Made by a program: the position numbers and the translations under genes
The notes under the pieces: generated by a model
What the model saw: only the letters and a program-made list of their open reading frames with translations
Told to the model about the DNA's origin: nothing
Databases searched by the model: none
Part shown: piece after piece, positions 12,072-23,904 of the stretch
How the letters are laid out: each line of letters begins with the position of its first letter
How positions within the stretch are numbered: position 1 is the stretch's first letter
NCBI GenBank assembly: GCA_951406725.2
Contig: OX597815.1
Coordinates: forward strand, 180,668,001 to 180,732,000
DNA length: 64,000 bases
Source of the DNA: Octopus vulgaris
Lineage: Eukaryota
Direction of reading: 5' to 3'

Positions 12072-13334
12072 CTTGCCGCTGCTGAATTAAAAGCTCGCTA
12101 TTATTCTATTGGACAATGCTATTTATACCAATGAGCGTCGACCCGCACGTTTGTAAGGAGGTGACGGCGGCGGGGAGGAGTGTAGGTGCGTGTGTGTGGA
12201 GGAGCTGGTGGCGGTTTGTGCGGAGGTGGGTGGTTGGAGGAGATTGAAGCAGTGGCGGCGGCGGCGGCGGCGATGGTGGCGCTGGTGGTAGCGGCGGCTT
12301 TGGTGGCGTTAAGTGGGGGTTACTGTTGGTTGAGTTTAAGCTTTTTTTTTTCTTCTTTTCTTTTTTGTTTTGGCGGTGGTATCAGTGATGGGATTTTGTG
12401 TGGCTGTGGAAGTGGAAGTGGTGGTGGCGTTTGAGTGGTGGTTATTGGTTGTTCATGGTGGTGGTGGTGGTTATTTATGACAGTGGTGGCGGTGGAGTTT
12501 AGGGATGCTTACCACTGCTGGAACAATTTTTTATCTTGTATCTTTTACTTGTTTCAGTCATTTAGACTGCGGCCATGCTGGGGCACCGCCTTGAAGAATG
12601 TTCAGTCGAAGAGCTTATTTTTTTTTTACAAGCTAGGTACTTATTCCGTCGCTCTGTTTTGCCGAACCGCTATGTTATGGGGACGTAAACACGCCGACAC
12701 CAGTTGACAACCAGTTGGACACACACACACACACACATACACACACATATATACGACGGGCTACTTTCAGTCTCCGTCTACCAAATCCACTCACAAGACT
12801 TTGGTCGGCCCAAGGCTATAGTAGAAGACACTTGTCAGAGGTGCCACGCAGTGGGACTGAACCCCGGAACCATGTGGTCGGGAAACAAACTTCTAACTAC
12901 ACAGCCACGCCTGTGCTTATGTTTATGTTGTTGTTGTTGTTGTTTGGCCCTAGGTCGGCCCTGATCCAGTAAACCCATGATCAAAGGCATTCCTTTCAGG
13001 GGCAAGAAAAACGACCATTTTAATCAACGTGCCTTTTTCTAAAGCAGTGAAGTGTTACTTGAGGGAGATTAAGCTGTTTTTCCTAGCAGGTTGGTTCGTG
13101 GTGGGGAATGGTGTTGGTGTCACTCAATTGCTGTGGTAGGGAATGCGATGGGGGTGTTGGGGCTGGTGGTGATGCTAGTAATGTTTGTGGTGGTGGTGGT
13201 GGTAGTTGTGATGATGGTAGTGATGGCGGAGGTGCTGGTGATGCTGGCGGTGGTGGGTTAGTTTTGGCGATGGTGGTGGTGGGGCGATAGTGGCAGTGGT
13301 GATCGATATGTTGGTATATTTAATGAAAGAAATA

Positions 13335-13517
13335 TCGGAAATGTACTTGCATAGCAAGTGCTCTGATCTGAGATCGTGTGCTGGAACGAAAACAATTGCA
13401 GCGTGGAAGGTGTTTATAAGCCATTTAAGAAACACACAATATCCGTTAGATTCATTTCAACATTTAAATTTAATTTGTCAAAATATTTTCGTCGCTTTGA
13501 GACTGCGACCTATTCTT
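13335..13517 (-). mobile_element. Family F copy, truncated within the hammerhead core
   Basis: Retains GUCGC/GCGAC-GAA-AAUAUU-U-UGACAAA (13474-13509) with a changed loop. The 5' core and stem I strand are lost. Confidence 0.65.
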
Positions 13518-14625
13518 CAAAAAGAAGAAAAAAAAAAAACACAGAAATAATAATGCCGTGGATACAAGACAAAATTAGAGAATAATTAATATTATTTTAA
13601 CTATTATTAAGGCGGTGAGCTGGCAGAATCGTTCGTACGCTGAGCAGAAATTGTTTGCAGTATTTCGTCCGTCTTTTACGCCCAGAGTTCGAATTCTGCC
13701 GAGGTCGACTTTGTCTTTTATCATTTCGGGGTCGATAAAATAAGTACTTGTCGTGTACTGAGGTCGATCTAATCGACTTACCCTCTCTCCTGAACTTGCT
13801 GGCCTTGTGCTAAAATTTGAAACCAATATTATTTTAATTATTGTGGCAAGCAGGGAAAGCAAATCTGGACATGTTTCAGTCTTAATAACCGTCTTAGATA
13901 ATTGGCAATCTCCTTAGACACCGGAGCCATTAGAAGCCCGCGGTATTTGTTTCGGTTGGTTACGTTTTGGTTTCAAATCCAGCCATGTCAGCATTGTTTT
14001 TCATTTTCCAGGGTTGATAAATAAATAAATAAATGAATAAATAAATAAATAAATAAATAAATACAGGACCAGACCAGAGGTTGCTGACTGGCAGAATCGT
14101 TAGAACATCATCGGACTTCTTGCGATGTTCGTAGTGGCTCTCTGCATTATGAGTTCGAATCCTGCCGCATCCAATTTGGGAGGCGGACTCAGTCGTTGGA
14201 TTCTGCTCTGTGGGACCAGGTATTCAATGTAAGGACAACTTCCTGTCTTCGGAGCTCCTGAAAAATGTCACAGGAGCTTCAGAGCTCCCGTAAAAGGTCA
14301 TGGACAGTGCCTTTCGACCCTGATTAAGGAATTAAAAAAAAGAAAAGGGTAGACCTTCGATTCTTTGTCAAAGTATGGCGGGTGAATAAATTTCTGAGTA
14401 CATTTTCTGAGTTTACTTCTGAGTACATCTTTTCTTGCTTTAGTGATTAGACTGGGTCCATGCTGGAGCACTGTCTTGAGCAAACTGTGGACGAATGAAT
14501 CGATCTCAGTACTTATATTTTTAAAGTCTGATGCTCATTCTACCATTTTCATTCTTAGCTGAACTGCTAAGTCATGGGAACATAAACACACCAACAGCGG
14601 CTATAAAAGCGGTGGTAGGACACAT

Positions 14626-14990
14626 GGGCGCAGGAGTGGCTGTGTGGTAAGAAGCTTGCTTCCCAACCACACATGGTTCCGGGTTCAGTCCCACTGCGTG
14701 GCACATTGGGCATGTGTCTTCTACTATAACCTCGGGTAGACCAAATCCTTGTGAGTGGATTTTGTAGACGGAAACTGAAAGAAGCCTGTCCTGTGTGTGT
14801 GTGTTTGTCCCTCCCACCATCGCTTGATAACCGATGTTGGTGTTTTTACGTCCGCGTAACTTAGCGGTTCAGCAAAAGAGCCCTATAGAACAAGTACTAG
14901 GCTTACAAAGAATAGGTCCTGGGGTCGATTTGTTCGACTAAAGGCGGTGCTCCAGCATGGCCGCAGTCAAATAACTGAAACACGTAAAAG
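14626..14990 (+). mobile_element. SINE family A, full length
   Basis: Same head, body and tail. Other + copies are at 28912-29272, 38238-39090, 43143-43497, 50620-50997 and 56792-57175. Confidence 0.85.
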
Positions 14991-14995
14991 ACTAC

Positions 14996-15027
<32 letters not shown>

Positions 15028-15040
15028 ATACATATGTATG

Positions 15041-15338
<298 letters not shown>

Positions 15339-17711
15339 ATACATACATACATATATACATACATATATACATACATACATACATACTACCATTGGTCACC
15401 CTGAGGCTACAGTTGAAAGTACTTGGCCTAGGTGTCACACGCAACTGGTGCTTAATCTATTGACCCCGAAAGGATGAACGGCAAAGTCGACCTCTGCGGA
15501 ATTTGAACTCAGAACGTAGCGGCAGACGAAACACCACTGAGCATTTCGCCCGGAATGCTAACGTTTCTGCCAGGTCACCGCCTTGTCTCTCCATTTCTTA
15601 TTGCAGACGATAAGCAGTCATGAACTGAAGAAAAGTTTGACTGCTATTTCTAGCAGCGCCTATGACCACATCAGGGTATCCTGGATATTCGTGCTACTGC
15701 TGCTGCTGTTGTTGTTGTTTAACCCCAGGTAAACCAAGTTCCTAGCAACGCTTGACTGATGACGTTCTAGCCATGACCATCCTTTATGTTTTGTGGGAAT
15801 ATAACGAGTACTTTATCCCATGCAGTGTAGTGTAGATTGGAGGTGAATTAATCTACGATTTCTAGCAGGTTAATGTAGTGACTCCATGGTTTTTGGTTGT
15901 ATTGCTGAGCTCCAAGTTAGTCATAATCAAGTAGACCTATGATCAAAAGCGTTCTAGCCGTGGCTATCCCACCATTCCCTATGTGCAGGAAATCAAGAAC
16001 TACCACATTATTCAATGGGTTCTTTTCTCCCCCACCTCAAAGATAACAGAGAGTGATTTAAGGGAGATTTGGTTGTTATTTCTAGCAGATCTGATAACCA
16101 CGTAGCAGCAGTTTGGGAGATGATAGCAGTGGTGGCGTGATGGTGGAGAGGGCGATGCCGGTAGTGTGGTAGCCGATTATGATGCTAATGATGATGATGA
16201 TGATGGAAATAGTGAGGAAGAGGGCGTGATGGTGGAATGCCGAGAAGTTTTCTCCATACATACACTAGTGCGAGAAAATATCCTCACATACACACACACA
16301 CTCTCTCTCTCTCCTTTACCCTTTTACTTGTTTCAGTCGTTTGACTGCGGCTATGCTGGAGCACCGCCTTTAATCGAGCAACTCGACAACCAGGACTTAT
16401 TCTTTTGTAAGCCCAGTACTTATTCTATCGGTCTCTTTTGCCGAACCGCTAAGTAACGGGACGTAAACACACCAGCACCGGTTGTCAAGCAATGCTAGGG
16501 GGGACAAACACAGACACACAAACACACACACACGCATACATATATATATATATACATATATACGACGGGCTTCTTTCAGTTTCCGTCTACCAAATCCACT
16601 CACAAGGCTTTGGTCGGCCCGAGGCTATAGTAGAAGACACTTGCCCAAGGTGCCACGCAGTGGGACTGAACCCGGAACCATGTGGTTGGTAAACAAGCTA
16701 CTTACCACACAGCCACACACAATTTACATATACAAACACTTTTTTCTTTCATTCTTTTACTTATTTCAGTCATTCGATGTGCGGTTATGCTGTAGCATCG
16801 CCTTTTAGTCGAGCAAATCGACCCCAGGACTTATTCTTTGTAAGTCTAGTACTTATTCTATCGGCCTGTTTGCCGAACCGCTAAGTTACGGGGACGTAAA
16901 CACACCAGCATCGGTTGTCAAGCGATGGTGGAGGGGGGGGGGGGCAAACAGATACACAAACATGCACACACATATATACATATATAATATAAATAATATA
17001 TATATATATGCATATATACATACGTATATGTACATACATCTATACGTAAATACATATGCATATGTGGGCACAGGACGTCACGAAACGTGTACAACAAAAA
17101 AAAATACGAAGTACGACTACATGGAATATGAAGTATTTTTTCGAACAACGAAAGACACAAATGGAAAACAAGACAAACAACATAAAGAACGAGCCTTCAT
17201 CAGTTGTTGGCTGTTTTTCTTGTCTCGTATTTCGAGCATTTAACAACAATATACGCTTTCGATAAAACAGTTGCTCCTGCAAAGCAAATTAAATAACATT
17301 TTGGGATTTTACGGAGGGTCAAAACTGGTTAAAGCAAACAGGACAGCGAATATATACGACGGGCTTCTTTCAGTTTCCGTCTACCAAATCATAAGGTTTT
17401 AAATCCATAAGGTTTTTAAAAAATCCCAAAGGTTTTAAAACCACTCACAAGGTTTTGGTCGGCCCGAGGCTATAGTAGAAGACACTTGCCCAAGGTGCCA
17501 CGCAGTGGGACTGAACCCGGAACCATGTGGTTGATAAGCAAGCTCCTTGCCACACGGCCACCTCTGCGACTACACATATAAAGATTTTGAAACGGTTTCT
17601 TTCTCGTCTTTTCTCTTTCCTTCCAATAACCCACTCGCCCCTTTCTCTCTTTCGTTGTCAAGAAAGCCCTCTATTTCTCCCGCTTCATTTTGTATGTGTA
17701 ACCTGCGTTTA

Positions 17712-17742
<31 letters not shown>

Positions 17743-17869
17743 ATTTAGATATTTAAAAAGTACGTACTAGCTGAACAAATGATTTAATACAAGGTGTAAT
17801 GTCGAATAACTTCAAACTACACTCAAACACACGCACAGATATATATTAATTTCACACACATATATATAT

Positions 17870-17994
17870 AGTGAGGGGACGAACGGAAGAAAAAGACATA
17901 CATACACACACACATAGAAAGGCGTACACACACACATAAAAAGGCATGCACACACACTCACACACATACACATATATATATATTACTTTCACAC

Positions 17995-18047
<53 letters not shown>

Positions 18048-18490
18048 ATACGCCTTAAATGGTCCTTTTACATACTGAACACTACTTAGTGAAATTAATT
18101 AATAACTAATTTATTTTACCTTTAATTATTGATTATATATATATATATATAGAGAGAGAGGGGGGGACGAACGGAAGAAAAAGACATACATACACACATA
18201 CATAGAAAGGCGTACACACACATAAAAAGGCATGCACACACACACATACATATTACTTTCACACACACGCACACACACACACATATATATATAGTGAGGG
18301 GACGAACGGAAGAAAAAGACATACATACACACACACATAGAAAGGCGTACACACACACATAAAAAGGCATGCACACACACACACACAGATATATATTACT
18401 TTCACACACACACATATATTACTTTCACACACACACACACACATATATTACTTTCACATACACACACACATATATATATTACTTTCACAT

Positions 18491-18530
<40 letters not shown>

Positions 18531-18650
18531 GGGACGAACGGAAGAAAAAGACATACATACATACTCACATAGAAAGGCGTACACACACATAAAAAGGCAT
18601 GCACACACACACACACACACATAAAAAGGCACGTACACACACGCACACAC
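17870..18650. repeat. Compound minisatellite, 4 copies of a ~120-bp unit
   Basis: GGGACGAACGGAAGAAAAAGACATACATAC...AGAAAGGCGTACAC...AAAAAGGCATGCAC at ~17875, 18163, 18298 and 18531. Confidence 0.85.
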
Positions 18651-18664
18651 TCAAGTAAGGGCTG

Positions 18665-18696
<32 letters not shown>

Positions 18697-18769
18697 AGGG
18701 AACGAGCGAGTTATTGGGAGGAAAGCTAAAAAAAAAAAAAAACGAGAAAGAGGCTTGTTTCAAACTATA

Positions 18770-18840
18770 TATATATAAAATATTCGACATCGTATTATAA
18801 AGGCTAAGCACCTCTCTTTTCAGATTTAATCGGTCAGCGA
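18770..18840 (+). promoter_or_regulatory. Candidate NRARP core promoter (TATA plus Inr-like)
   Basis: TATAAAA at 18774-18780 and TATAAAG at 18796-18802, followed by TCAG motifs at ~18820 and ~18834. It sits at the start of the SINE-free, CpG-containing block leading to the CDS. The TSS is not demonstrable from sequence alone. Confidence 0.35.
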
Positions 18841-19823
18841 AAGAAGTACCGGCAGCAGATCCCCGGACAAAAACACTACCCGGCTGAGGAAGCAACAAGT
18901 TTCACTGCAACTACTACAACGACAACAACTATTTCTATTACTACTACTACTACTACTACAACAGCTGCTGCTGCTGCTGCTGTTACTACTACTACTACTA
19001 CTGCCTCTGCTGTTACTGCTGCTGCTATCGTAGTAACTCCAAACAGCTGAAATAGTTTCAGTTGTCACTACTTTTAGCGTGATACGCTAGTAGTCGCAGC
19101 TATTCCTAACTGCTGCAAGTCTTCGCGTCATAGTTTTTTTTCTTTCCCCTCTTTCAAAATTTCTTTCCTATCCGTCACTCGCTTCTTCCCCCTCCCTTTC
19201 CTTCGTGCCCCCCTCTCTCCCTCTCTTTAACTCCCTTTCTCACACTCTCTCTCGCTATTTTTCTTTCTTAAGTCTTAGCAATATCCCGAAATGAAATGTC
19301 GTCAGTTTTGATTGAAAACGGTTTTATCAAACATCCAACGAAGTCGAACAGAAGAAACGAGAAACAACGGTCGTACTTCGAATTCAGCTTCGTTTCTACA
19401 AGTTAAGACGGAAAAATATAAAAAAAAGTTTTCCGTCAGAAATTATTATTATTAAACCAGGACCAACGCCAGCGTCGCCATCGCCATCGCTCACAAGTAA
19501 AATCAACAATGACTATGAGGTGGTGATGCCGGAGCGGATAACGGTGATGATTGTTCTGGCTGTCATGACGATGATGACGACGACGACGACGAAGATGATA
19601 AATGCAAACACTGAACTTTCATCACTAAAATCGTACAATATTTAAGTGTCAACAACGTACGAAGGAAAACACGAAAGAAAGGTTATTAAAAACAACAAAA
19701 TCCAGTTGGACACGAAGAAATCGTAAAAAAAAAAACCAAAAAAAAAAAGATCTTTCATATGAAATAAGTTATTTTTTGAACAAATTTTCGTTATTTATAT
19801 ACATCCATACATTAGTATATATC

Positions 19824-19877
<54 letters not shown>

Positions 19878-20888
19878 ATATTTTATTAATATTTAGCTGA
19901 AGCAACAAAGTGACTCAAGGGTGAAGAGTTTCGTGCGTTAGCACTTCACACACGTCCCTTGACGATAAAAAAAAAATATATATTTAAATAATCGCTTCAT
20001 GTGTATTGAAAATATTTTGTCATAGCTGCCAAGCACTGACAAGCAAGTGGTTGGAGTCGAAAGCGGGTGACAAATTTCTCAGTGAATTTGTTTTTTAAAT
20101 GTACCCTTGAGGCGAAAAATAGCTTGGAAAAAAACACTGCGGAGAAAAATTTAAATATAAAAAAAAAGAAACGAAAAAAAAAAAAAAACGAAAAAAAAAA
20201 TAAAAACGGGAATTTCATGCGCTACATCGATATTTCGAAAATATCGTGAAAAATATGCCCTGCATTTCCATAAACGTTCACAGGATTATTACTTGTTAAT
20301 GTAAGGAGTTACCGACTGGCTGTGCGTGCGTAGTAGATTGAAGGTAACTGTGGAGGCTTGGGAGTTCATAAACTTCACTATTTTCGAACTAACCTACCTA
20401 CGAAAGAGGAATAAATTTCAAAGCCCACAAAAAATAATGGATTCAAGAATTTTTTGTTGGATGTTAATAGAAAACTATGGGAAATCCTTGGAATGTTTCA
20501 GAAGCTACGAATAGACACGTGAGAGGAAATACCACTTCGAAGAAAGGAACTACTGGAGTAATTTTTTTTACCTTTGGAAGTTAACATTCTGGTTTTACCC
20601 TAAGGAAAACAACACATACAACGGAGTTGACAAAACAACCTGGTGAATGATTTTTTACCATTTTGTTAAATCAAGAATCGTAGTTATTTTTGTAACAATC
20701 TGTCATATTTAGATATGCATATATATATGAATATAAATTAACCGCTATATAATTAATACATGCATATTACAAATATAAATTCATAAATTTATTTATTTAT
20801 TTTAAAATAATTTATTTACAATATAAAACGCCCTCAGATTTTCAATATATTCGAGTAGATAAAGAAATACCCATAAAATAATTTAGCA

Positions 20889-21227
20889 ATGAATGCTGTT
20901 AGTCGTGCCGAGATGCAGGGAACGCCACAGTATCCTTATCAGAGAGACTTTCAAGAGGCTGTAAAGAATGGAGATACAAATGTGTTGCAGCAGATACTGG
21001 AAAAACGTGAGGGCAAGGTGAACATTAATCTATTCGATACAGAAGGTCAGACAGCTTTGCATCAGAGCTGCTTAAATGGTAATCTCGAACTCGTGAAACT
21101 GTTAGTTAAATTTGGGGCTGATGTACGCCTTGCAAACCGCGATGGTTGGAGTGCATTGCATATAGCAGCTTATGGGGGTCACCAGGAGATAGAGAGTTAT
21201 CTTATCCATGTCAACAGCCGAGACTAG
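20889..21227 (+). CDS. NRARP: Notch-regulated ankyrin repeat-containing protein, 112 aa, uninterrupted CDS
   Basis: The protein has QRDFQEAVKNG...EGQTALHQSCLNGNLELVKLLVKFGADVRLANRDGWSALHIAAYGGHQEI. This closely matches vertebrate NRARP as I recall it (QRIFQEAVRKG...EGQTALHQSVIDGNLELVKLLVKFGADIRLANRDGWSALHIAAFGGHQDI), and the length is similar. ATG to TAG is intact. Confidence 0.95.
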   Translation: MNAVSRAEMQGTPQYPYQRDFQEAVKNGDTNVLQQILEKREGKVNINLFDTEGQTALHQSCLNGNLELVKLLVKFGADVRLANRDGWSALHIAAYGGHQEIESYLIHVNSRD

Positions 21228-21269
21228 TTTGGCATGAACTTGTCATGGACAGGCAAACATTATTATTAT

Positions 21270-21309
<40 letters not shown>

Positions 21310-21693
21310 TCATTTTTTGGGGGGAGGGAAAAAAGTGGGTAGGGAGAAGAAAAAGCTGTTTGTGTATTTTTGAAGAATTTGGAAATTTAAAAGGAACATG
21401 AAGAAAAGAAAAAGAAAACGCGTGATAGAGAATGAATGAGGAAGGAGGGATTGTAAAGAAGAAATAGAGTTAGTAAGTAAATTAAGCAAAGTTTGATTGA
21501 ATGGGCAAGTAATGACAAGAACTAGAGAGATGCAAGAGAGTGGTGGTACGTCGCCAAACAAATTTCCTTATTCCTATTATAATGAATGAATGTTGCTGTG
21601 AGTTGTTGTTACGGCTATATTATGGCTGTTGTTGTTATTTCTAATATTTTGTTGTTTTACTTAGTTGTCGTCTGTTATTTTCTTTACAATAAC

Positions 21694-21699
21694 AATAAA
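21694..21699 (+). promoter_or_regulatory. Candidate polyadenylation signal of NRARP
   Basis: First AATAAA I found after the stop codon, followed by T-rich sequence. Confidence 0.25.
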
Positions 21700-22341
21700 G
21701 CAGGCGACAAAAATATTCCATTCAACAGAAAGTTTGTTTATTTTCTATTTTTTCCCTTTCCCTCTCTCTCTCTCTCTCTCTCTCTACGTTGTCTCTTTAG
21801 TCCAAACATTTTCATTAACACCAAAAATAATATCAACAATCATGTCTTTTATGCACAAAGTTATATTTTATTTTACTTTGGGGTGATGTCGAAATTAAGA
21901 TAAAATAACAATATTTTTCGTTAAATATGAATTAAGAGTTTCCGATGCTTTGATTTTAACAATCCCTCTACTCCGGATGTGTAAAAGATTGAATCTTAAG
22001 AAGAGATTACAGAAGTTTGGAACATGAGATTGAAGCAGACACCGCTACGTTGGATAGTGAAAGATAAACTGAAACAAGTTTGATACAAGCTGCGCCATGC
22101 ACCCGACTATCTACCCAATAACATGGTTGTTTAACCACACTCATAAATATAGTAAATATGATATACACACATGAATCAATTATATGTGCGGATATATATA
22201 TATATATATATATAGGCAACATATGTAAAATGCATTTAAATATATAAATGGCTGTGCATGGGTATGTATATATATATATATATATATATGCATGTATGTA
22301 TATGAAGTCGCTTAAGAGTCCCTTAAATACATGTACGTCAA

Positions 22342-22377
<36 letters not shown>

Positions 22378-22432
22378 GAGTGAGTTGACAAGGGAAAAAA
22401 AGAGAGGCACTCCACATGTTTAGTAGGAGTTA

Positions 22433-22471
<39 letters not shown>

Positions 22472-23625
22472 ACAAGAAAGACAGGAATATATGTGTGTGT
22501 GTGTATACATGTATGTATATTCACAGATATATATATATATATATATATATCAGTAATTCCTACATAGATACAGACAACATTAATGACACACATCTATACC
22601 CCTATACACACATATACACATTTTGCACACACATATATATATATATATACATATATATTTAATCAGCCGAAATTGCGAGGATGATCCGGTTCTTGACTGA
22701 AGATTGAAGGCTTCGAATGTCCCCTCCGTGTTTTTTGTATCGTCTTCTAAATGTCTTACGTTCTTGTCCCAGTTTGTATTTTTCTACATATAGTATATAT
22801 AGATATATATCTATATATATATACATGTATGTATGCGCGCATGTTTACTCTCATAGGCGCGCACACACGCTATAGATGTCACTGTAACATATGTGGTTAC
22901 TTGGGCAATCTGTTTTACAGTGTGATCACAGCAGACGCGAACAGAAACTAGTTTCTGCTTGTCTGCAAAGGAATAGGTTTCTATGCCTGCATGTCTCCAT
23001 TTTGGCTCGAAGCGTCCCGCACTCATACACACACATACACACACACAAGCTTTACATACAAATATTAATACACACGTTGGGGGTATATGAAACTGTGGTG
23101 TGTGATGCGAGTGCTTGCCGCGCGCAGGCGATTTTCATCGGGTATTCTCTCATATGTATTTCCGAATTCCAGTGCTTCGCTCCATTTGTGTGTGTGTGTG
23201 TGTGTGTGTGTACGCTGATAAAACCCATGTTCTTATAATGGAAAAAGAAAAAAAATGGATAAAAGTTTTCAGCATTTCATCATTATCATTGTCATTATCT
23301 TCAGCACCTTCATCACGGTCATCATCATCATCTATTATTATTATTATTCGAGCTGGCAGAGTCGTTAGTACGCCGGGCCAATTGTTTAGACGAATCATCT
23401 TCATCATCATTATCATTATAATTGTTATTATTATTATTATTATTCGAGCTGACAGTCGTTAGTACGCCGGGCAAAATGTTTAGACGAATTTTGTCCATCT
23501 TTACGTTCTGAGTTCAAATTCAACCGAGGTCGACTTTGCCTTTCATCCTTTCGAGGTCGATAAATTAAGTAATCGACTAGTCCCCTCCCCACCACGTTTC
23601 AGGCTTTGTGCCTATACAAGAAAGG

Positions 23626-23667
<42 letters not shown>

Positions 23668-23904
23668 GCAGTACCCTTAGCACATAGGACAAAATGTCTT
23701 ACGGCATTTCGTTCGTCTTTACATTCTGAGTTCAATTTCCGCCGCGGTCGACTTTGTCTTTCATCTTTTCGGGGTCAATGGCACAAGTACTATTTGAGTA
23801 CTGGACTATATGTAAGTGATTAAACCTTTTCCTTCATAATTTCAGGCTTTGTGCCTATGATAGGAAGGATTATTATCATTATATTATCCCTATATTTTCT
23901 AGCA

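Noticed and set aside
22921-23106. K-box-like TGTGAT motifs downstream of NRARP
   Set aside because: They are 6-mers more than 1.6 kb past the stop and beyond the first AATAAA, and are expected by chance in TG-rich DNA.
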